Of a DNA stretch of 29,836 nucleotides, positions 25,610 to 29,836 are shown piece by piece (within the stretch, counting starts at the first letter, position 1; the number at the start of each line of letters is the position of its first letter). This DNA comes from Myxococcales bacterium (GTDB taxonomy: Bacteria > Myxococcota_A > Polyangia > Polyangiales > Polyangiaceae). The stretch is from contig JAYTOU010000054.1 of assembly GCA_043747615.1 (NCBI GenBank), positions 1 through 29,836 of the forward strand, given 5' to 3'. The position numbers and the translations under genes were made by a program. The notes beneath the pieces were generated by a model. That model had not been told where the DNA came from, did no database searches, and was given only the letters and a program-made list of their open reading frames with translations.

Positions 25610-26293
25610 GTGTGTGGACGAACGACGCTTGCCCAACCCAATGCTGAAATCGCACGGGTTTTCAGGCTCAACGAGGTCCCCGAGCTCGAGCTTCGGTACA
25701 ACATCGCCCCTACGCAGCCGATCGCCGTGGTGCGAAACGATCGGGGGCAGCGACGCCTCGATCTCGTGACGTGGGGGCTCATCCCCGCTTCGAGCACCGG
25801 GCCGCGCGCAGGCGCAAAGCTGATCAACGCGCGGGTCGAAACCGTGGCTACGAAACGTCCGTTCGCCGAGGCCTTCCGCGGTCGCCGATGCCTCGTGGTG
25901 GTCGATGGCTTTTACGAGTGGCAACGACAGGGCAAATCCAAACAGGCCCACCACATTCATCTACCCGGAGGAAAAGCGTTCGGCTTGGCCGGCCTTTGGG
26001 ATCGCTGGACGTCGAAGAGCGGCGAGGTGATCGAGAGCTGTACGATCATCACACGCGAGTCCGTCGGTGGTATGCGTGAGCTTCACGATCGCATGCCGGT
26101 GATCCTCGAAGAAGTGGATCACGATGCGTGGCTCGATCCCGCGCTCGTCGCTCCGGCGGTCATCGATTCGCTCCTGAAGAAGCCGCCGCCGACGCTCATC
26201 GTGCAGCCCGTGAGCAGCTTCGTGAACAGCGCGGTCAACGAAGGCCCCTCCTGCCTCTTGCCCGACGGCGGAACGAACCTTTCTCTCTTTTAA
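25610..26293 (+). CDS. SOS response-associated peptidase (SRAP/YedK/HMCES family abasic-site protecting protein)
   Basis: N-terminal MCGR, YNIAPTQ, WGLIP, INARVET, RCLVVVDGFYEW, LHDRMPVIL. Confidence 0.95.
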   Translation: MCGRTTLAQPNAEIARVFRLNEVPELELRYNIAPTQPIAVVRNDRGQRRLDLVTWGLIPASSTGPRAGAKLINARVETVATKRPFAEAFRGRRCLVVVDGFYEWQRQGKSKQAHHIHLPGGKAFGLAGLWDRWTSKSGEVIESCTIITRESVGGMRELHDRMPVILEEVDHDAWLDPALVAPAVIDSLLKKPPPTLIVQPVSSFVNSAVNEGPSCLLPDGGTNLSLF

Positions 26294-27048
26294 AATTCGA
26301 AGGCGAGGCCAGCAGACCAGGTGTTCGTGCCAACGTGGAGCGCGCTCGATTGGCCGAGACCGTTCAGCGCTGCGACCATCCATTCGGCGAAGAGGTACGT
26401 GTTGTTGATGCCGGTCGCTTGATCGAGCTGCCTCGCGGATCGCCGGTCGAACGCGTTCAAGTTGAGCCCTACCCCGAGCGCGAAATTCGTTCCGACGGTA
26501 TGCCCCTTACCGGAGACGCTGTCCGTACTCGACGTGCCGACGGCATTCGAGGCGCGCCAAAGCGCATACCCAAGACCGCCTTTTACGTAGGGCACGAGGG
26601 GAATTCCGAGATCGCGCGAGAGCACGTCGGCGCGAAAAACAGCGACCAAGTAAAACGGATAAATCGAAAGACTGGTGTCTTCGGCAGAGAGGCCCGTTCC
26701 GTCGGATTTAGGAGCCTTCGCGGTCATCGAGGTGATCCCCGCGCTGATTCCTGGACCGAGCGTGCCCAGGTGCGGAATGCGCAGCGCTTGCCAGTCGAAC
26801 TCGGCGGCGAGCTCCAGGCGGGGCGTGCTGCCGAACGTATCTTTGTACGGCGTCTTGCCGTTCAGCGTCGGCTCGTTGTCGACCTGCGGGGTGTACGGTG
26901 CGAAGCGGATCTCGAACGCGAAATGCTGCGGCGACGAGTAGTCTTTGTGCTCGTGTGAAAGGAGCGCTCGCTCCTGCGCGTTGGCAATGCTTTCCATCGT
27001 CACGAGCGCACACGGCGCCGCCATCAAGACCCTCAGCAAGCGCTTCAC
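26290..27048 (-). CDS. Outer-membrane beta-barrel protein, MXAN_2562-like
   Basis: Signal peptide, amphipathic beta strands, PLVPYVKGGLGY, GINNTYLFAEW, C-terminal GLAFEF; GTGA overlap with the upstream gene. Confidence 0.75.
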   Translation of the reverse strand: MKRLLRVLMAAPCALVTMESIANAQERALLSHEHKDYSSPQHFAFEIRFAPYTPQVDNEPTLNGKTPYKDTFGSTPRLELAAEFDWQALRIPHLGTLGPGISAGITSMTAKAPKSDGTGLSAEDTSLSIYPFYLVAVFRADVLSRDLGIPLVPYVKGGLGYALWRASNAVGTSSTDSVSGKGHTVGTNFALGVGLNLNAFDRRSARQLDQATGINNTYLFAEWMVAALNGLGQSSALHVGTNTWSAGLAFEF

Positions 27049-28370
27049 TTCGTCATTCTCCGTCGCACGAGAGAGAGCATTGCCACGAGGCCACCGAGCC
27101 CGAACACCGCGCTTCCGACGGGCATTCCTGCACCTTCGAGCGCGCAAAATCCTCCGCCCGCTTGCCCGCCGGAGCTGCGGTATTTCTTCCAGAAGTCGTC
27201 GATCAACGTGGGTGCTGCGCAGCTTGGAACGGACAGAGGCCCGGTGTTGCCGAAGCCGTCGCTGGCGGCAACCGCCACTGTGTAGAGCTGATCATTCTTC
27301 AACCCGGTAATGGTCGCCGACGTGCTCGTGCTCCCACCGAGCTGAGCGCAAATGAACTTGGGATCGATGACCCTTTGCGTTCCGCCCGTGCTCATGGCCA
27401 CGCCGGCTTCGTCGACGGTGGTCGTGCCACCGCCGCTGACGATCACCGAGCTCGGATTCGCCATCTCCGTTCCGTCGGGGCCTCGGCAGACGTCTGCAGA
27501 GCCGCTCGGACCGCCGACGACGTTTTCGAGAACGCATCCGCCGTCGAGCGCGATGGGGGGGCGGGCATTGCCGGAGTCGTCGAGTCCTCCGTCGGCGAAG
27601 CCGCCGTCTTGGCATACGAGGAACGTGCGAGGGCTCGCATCCGCAACTGCGGTCGCGCCTGCGTCTATCCCTTCCTGCCCACGCGGGGGATCACAGTACA
27701 CCGTGTACCCTTGCGTGTTGCTGTCACGCGCGTTGTTCCACGTCACGATGAGCGCGGTGTCGCCTTGCCCAGCAATGACATTCGCGGGTGCGCCTGGGCC
27801 GAGGAGGGCCGCTTTGAGATCGTACTTTCCCGCGGTACCGACAGGATTTCCACTGCCGTCGAGCCAGATGAAATAAATGCTGAGCGCCGTCGGGCCGCTC
27901 GAGCCCACGTGGCACGCCGCCTCCGTTGCCGGCGAATACACGACCGGCTTCGGGCTGACCGCGACGTTGCCCACGATGTCTTGCGCGCGAATGTTGACGC
28001 TGGTGGTTTGGGCAGAGGGGATTGCGGTCGGCGACGCTGGCCAGCACGTTCCCGTGGTCACCGTGCGCGCGGCGAGCGGAGTGCAATCGGTCGAGCCGAC
28101 CCACGCCTCGAGGTGCACCTCGGAGCAGAACCCGGTCAGCGAGAGCGAGAAGTGAAGGACGGCGTCGGCCTCACAATCCGCGAAATTGATTCCAGTGGGA
28201 TTCAGGTTCTGGGGGCGAACGGCGATCCCGGTCCGAGTCACGAGCGGGTTGACCGCTGCCGCGGGCATGCACGACACCTGCGCGCGCGCGTCGTTCGCTG
28301 CGATCAGGGCAGCGGCCGCGAGGAGAGCACCGGCGGCTCGACGAGAGGAATGCGAAGGCGAGAGCCACAT
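27045..28370 (-). CDS. Fibronectin-type-III-like, MYXO-CTERM-anchored surface protein, MXAN_2561-like
   Basis: ATITGLKNDQLYTVAVAASDGFGN (FN3-like); tail DDFWKKY...GGGFC + TM + RRR. Start at 28370 or 28382. Confidence 0.78.
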   Translation of the reverse strand: MWLSPSHSSRRAAGALLAAAALIAANDARAQVSCMPAAAVNPLVTRTGIAVRPQNLNPTGINFADCEADAVLHFSLSLTGFCSEVHLEAWVGSTDCTPLAARTVTTGTCWPASPTAIPSAQTTSVNIRAQDIVGNVAVSPKPVVYSPATEAACHVGSSGPTALSIYFIWLDGSGNPVGTAGKYDLKAALLGPGAPANVIAGQGDTALIVTWNNARDSNTQGYTVYCDPPRGQEGIDAGATAVADASPRTFLVCQDGGFADGGLDDSGNARPPIALDGGCVLENVVGGPSGSADVCRGPDGTEMANPSSVIVSGGGTTTVDEAGVAMSTGGTQRVIDPKFICAQLGGSTSTSATITGLKNDQLYTVAVAASDGFGNTGPLSVPSCAAPTLIDDFWKKYRSSGGQAGGGFCALEGAGMPVGSAVFGLGGLVAMLSLVRRRMTK

Positions 28371-28384
28371 CTTGTGAGCCATTC

Positions 28385-28400
28385 AGCATAGCTCGTGCCA
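28385..28400 (-). promoter_or_regulatory. Sigma54 -24/-12 promoter
   Basis: TGGCACGAGCTATGCT on the minus strand, close to the consensus TGGCACG-N4-TTGC(A/T). Confidence 0.7.
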
Positions 28401-28534
28401 CGGCTTTTTTCTGGCATTCCACGCCGCTCGCGGGGGGTGGGGTGGTCAAGGTGGCAGCCCTCGGTCCGCGCTCGCTCGGCAAACTGACAATCTGGCATCG
28501 CGACTTTTGCGGTGTGTTTGGGTAAGACTGGGGC

Positions 28535-29743
28535 GTGATTCATCTCATCCCCGCCCATCAGGGGCGCCCCGCGGACGACCCGATTTTTGCGCTCAACCGC
28601 GAGGCATTGGCGCGCAGAGCCAAAGGCGAGACGATCGTGAACGCGACGCTCGGCACCCTCCTCGACGACGAAGGAAAGCTCGTCGTCCTTGCGTCGACGG
28701 CGCGCGCTGTGAAGGAGGTGCCGACGGATCTCTGGGCGTCGTACGCACCGATCGCGGGCGACCCTGATTTCTTGCGCGCAGTGATCGATGATTTTCTTTC
28801 ACCCGAGCCCGCGCTTCGCGACTGCGCGGTCGCTCAAGCCACACCGGGTGGGAGCGGCGCGCTGAGACACGCCATCGCAAATTACCTCGAGCTCGGGCAG
28901 TCGCTCCTCACCACCAGTTATTTTTGGGGCCCCTACCAGACGCTCGCGGACGAAGCGGATCGCAAGCTCGTCACCTTCTCGATGTTCGCGAAGGACGGCT
29001 CCTTCGACGTCGAAGCGCTCGACCGCGCGCTCGCCTCGCAGATCGAAAAAGAAGGCCGTGCGCTCCTCTTCGTGAACGACCCTTGCCAGAATCCGACCGG
29101 CTACTCGATGCACCCGAGCGAGTGGGCTGCGGTCGTAAAAAGCCTTCTTTTCCAGTCCGAACGCGCACCGGTGACCCTCCTCGTCGACGTTGCTTACTAC
29201 GCGTACGGCAAGGGCGAGCGCGGGGCCTTTCTCAAGGCGCTCACGCCGCTCCTCGGAAAAGTGGGGCTCCTCTTTGCATGGAGCGCGTCGAAAACCTTCA
29301 CCCACTACGGCCTTCGCGTCGGGGCGCTCATCGCCTGCGTGCCCGACGAAAAAGAGCGTGCAATGACCGAAGCGGCGCTCAGCTATTCAAGCCGCGGCAC
29401 GTGGTCCAACTGCAGCCACGGCGGGCTGCGCGCCGTCACCCGCCTCCTCACCGATCCAGAGCTCGCGCGGGCCTGCGATCGCGAGCGTGAGGTGTACAAG
29501 AATCTTCTGCTCGCTCGGGTCGATGCCTTCAACGCACTCGGTCACGCGCGCGGCCTTCGCTATCCCCGCTACGAAGGCGGCTTCTTCGTCACCGTTTTTT
29601 CGGACGACGCCGACGCCAAGGCGAAGTCCGCCGTGATGCGCGAGGCGGGCGTCTACGTCGTACCCACCGGCGGCGCGCTCCGCGTTGGGCTCTGTTCCGT
29701 TGCCACGCGCGACATACCCAAGCTGGTCGACGCGCTGGCCTAG
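28535..29743 (+). CDS. PLP-dependent aminotransferase, class I/II
   Basis: ATPGGSGAL, QNPTGYS, DVAY, WSASKTFTHYGLRVG (PLP lysine), ALRVG. Confidence 0.92.
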   Translation: MIHLIPAHQGRPADDPIFALNREALARRAKGETIVNATLGTLLDDEGKLVVLASTARAVKEVPTDLWASYAPIAGDPDFLRAVIDDFLSPEPALRDCAVAQATPGGSGALRHAIANYLELGQSLLTTSYFWGPYQTLADEADRKLVTFSMFAKDGSFDVEALDRALASQIEKEGRALLFVNDPCQNPTGYSMHPSEWAAVVKSLLFQSERAPVTLLVDVAYYAYGKGERGAFLKALTPLLGKVGLLFAWSASKTFTHYGLRVGALIACVPDEKERAMTEAALSYSSRGTWSNCSHGGLRAVTRLLTDPELARACDREREVYKNLLLARVDAFNALGHARGLRYPRYEGGFFVTVFSDDADAKAKSAVMREAGVYVVPTGGALRVGLCSVATRDIPKLVDALA

Positions 29744-29836
29744 TGCCTCGGTTCTACGGAATGGAAGGGTATAGGCGGCGAAGCTTGATCCGTGCGTCTG
29801 CGGCGGAGAAACGCCATTTCACTTTCCCCGTCGTGC

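Noticed and set aside
25610..26293. SRAP gene as a marker of a second mobile element or mutagenesis cassette
   Set aside because: No integrase, imuABC/umuDC or att-like sequence nearby; the neighbours look like ordinary host genes.
28493..28510. TGGCATCG...TTTGC sigma54-like motif upstream of the aminotransferase
   Set aside because: GG-to-GC spacing is longer than 10 nt.

Overview
GC-rich DNA whose gene families (FHA-sigma54 activator, Hanks-type kinase, MYXO-CTERM protein, Cys-rich lipoproteins) point to a myxobacterium, probably Polyangiales; this is an inference. The window has two parts. (1) Positions 1 to ~7887 are the right-hand part of an integrated phage-satellite-like or prophage-like element. 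It ends in a displaced 3' half of tRNA-Arg(TCG) at 7843-7887, a likely attR. All its genes are on the minus strand: two tandem 'large protein + small Cro-like HTH' modules, an excisionase/AlpA-like wHTH, a DUF2786-like/Zn-ribbon protein, an ERCC4 nuclease, a primase-polymerase-like protein, a VapE-type SF3 helicase with iteron-like repeats in its 3' end, several CxxC micro-proteins (some absent from the ORF track), and an intergenic run of hairpins that may be a structured RNA. No integrase, capsid, terminase or tail gene is visible in the window. (2) Positions ~7900-29836 look like host chromosome: a LamG lipoprotein; an FHA-sigma54 activator/Ser-Thr kinase/TPR-like operon divergent from a GH71 glucanase lipoprotein preceded by a sigma54 -24/-12 motif; a CopA-type P1B ATPase; a YD-like repeat lipoprotein; GNAT; TfoX-like; CBM9-like/DUF5916; a membrane-anchored PD-(D/E)XK protein; SRAP; an MXAN_2561/2562-like pair; and a class I/II aminotransferase. 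All family calls come from reading motifs by eye; no database searches were run.
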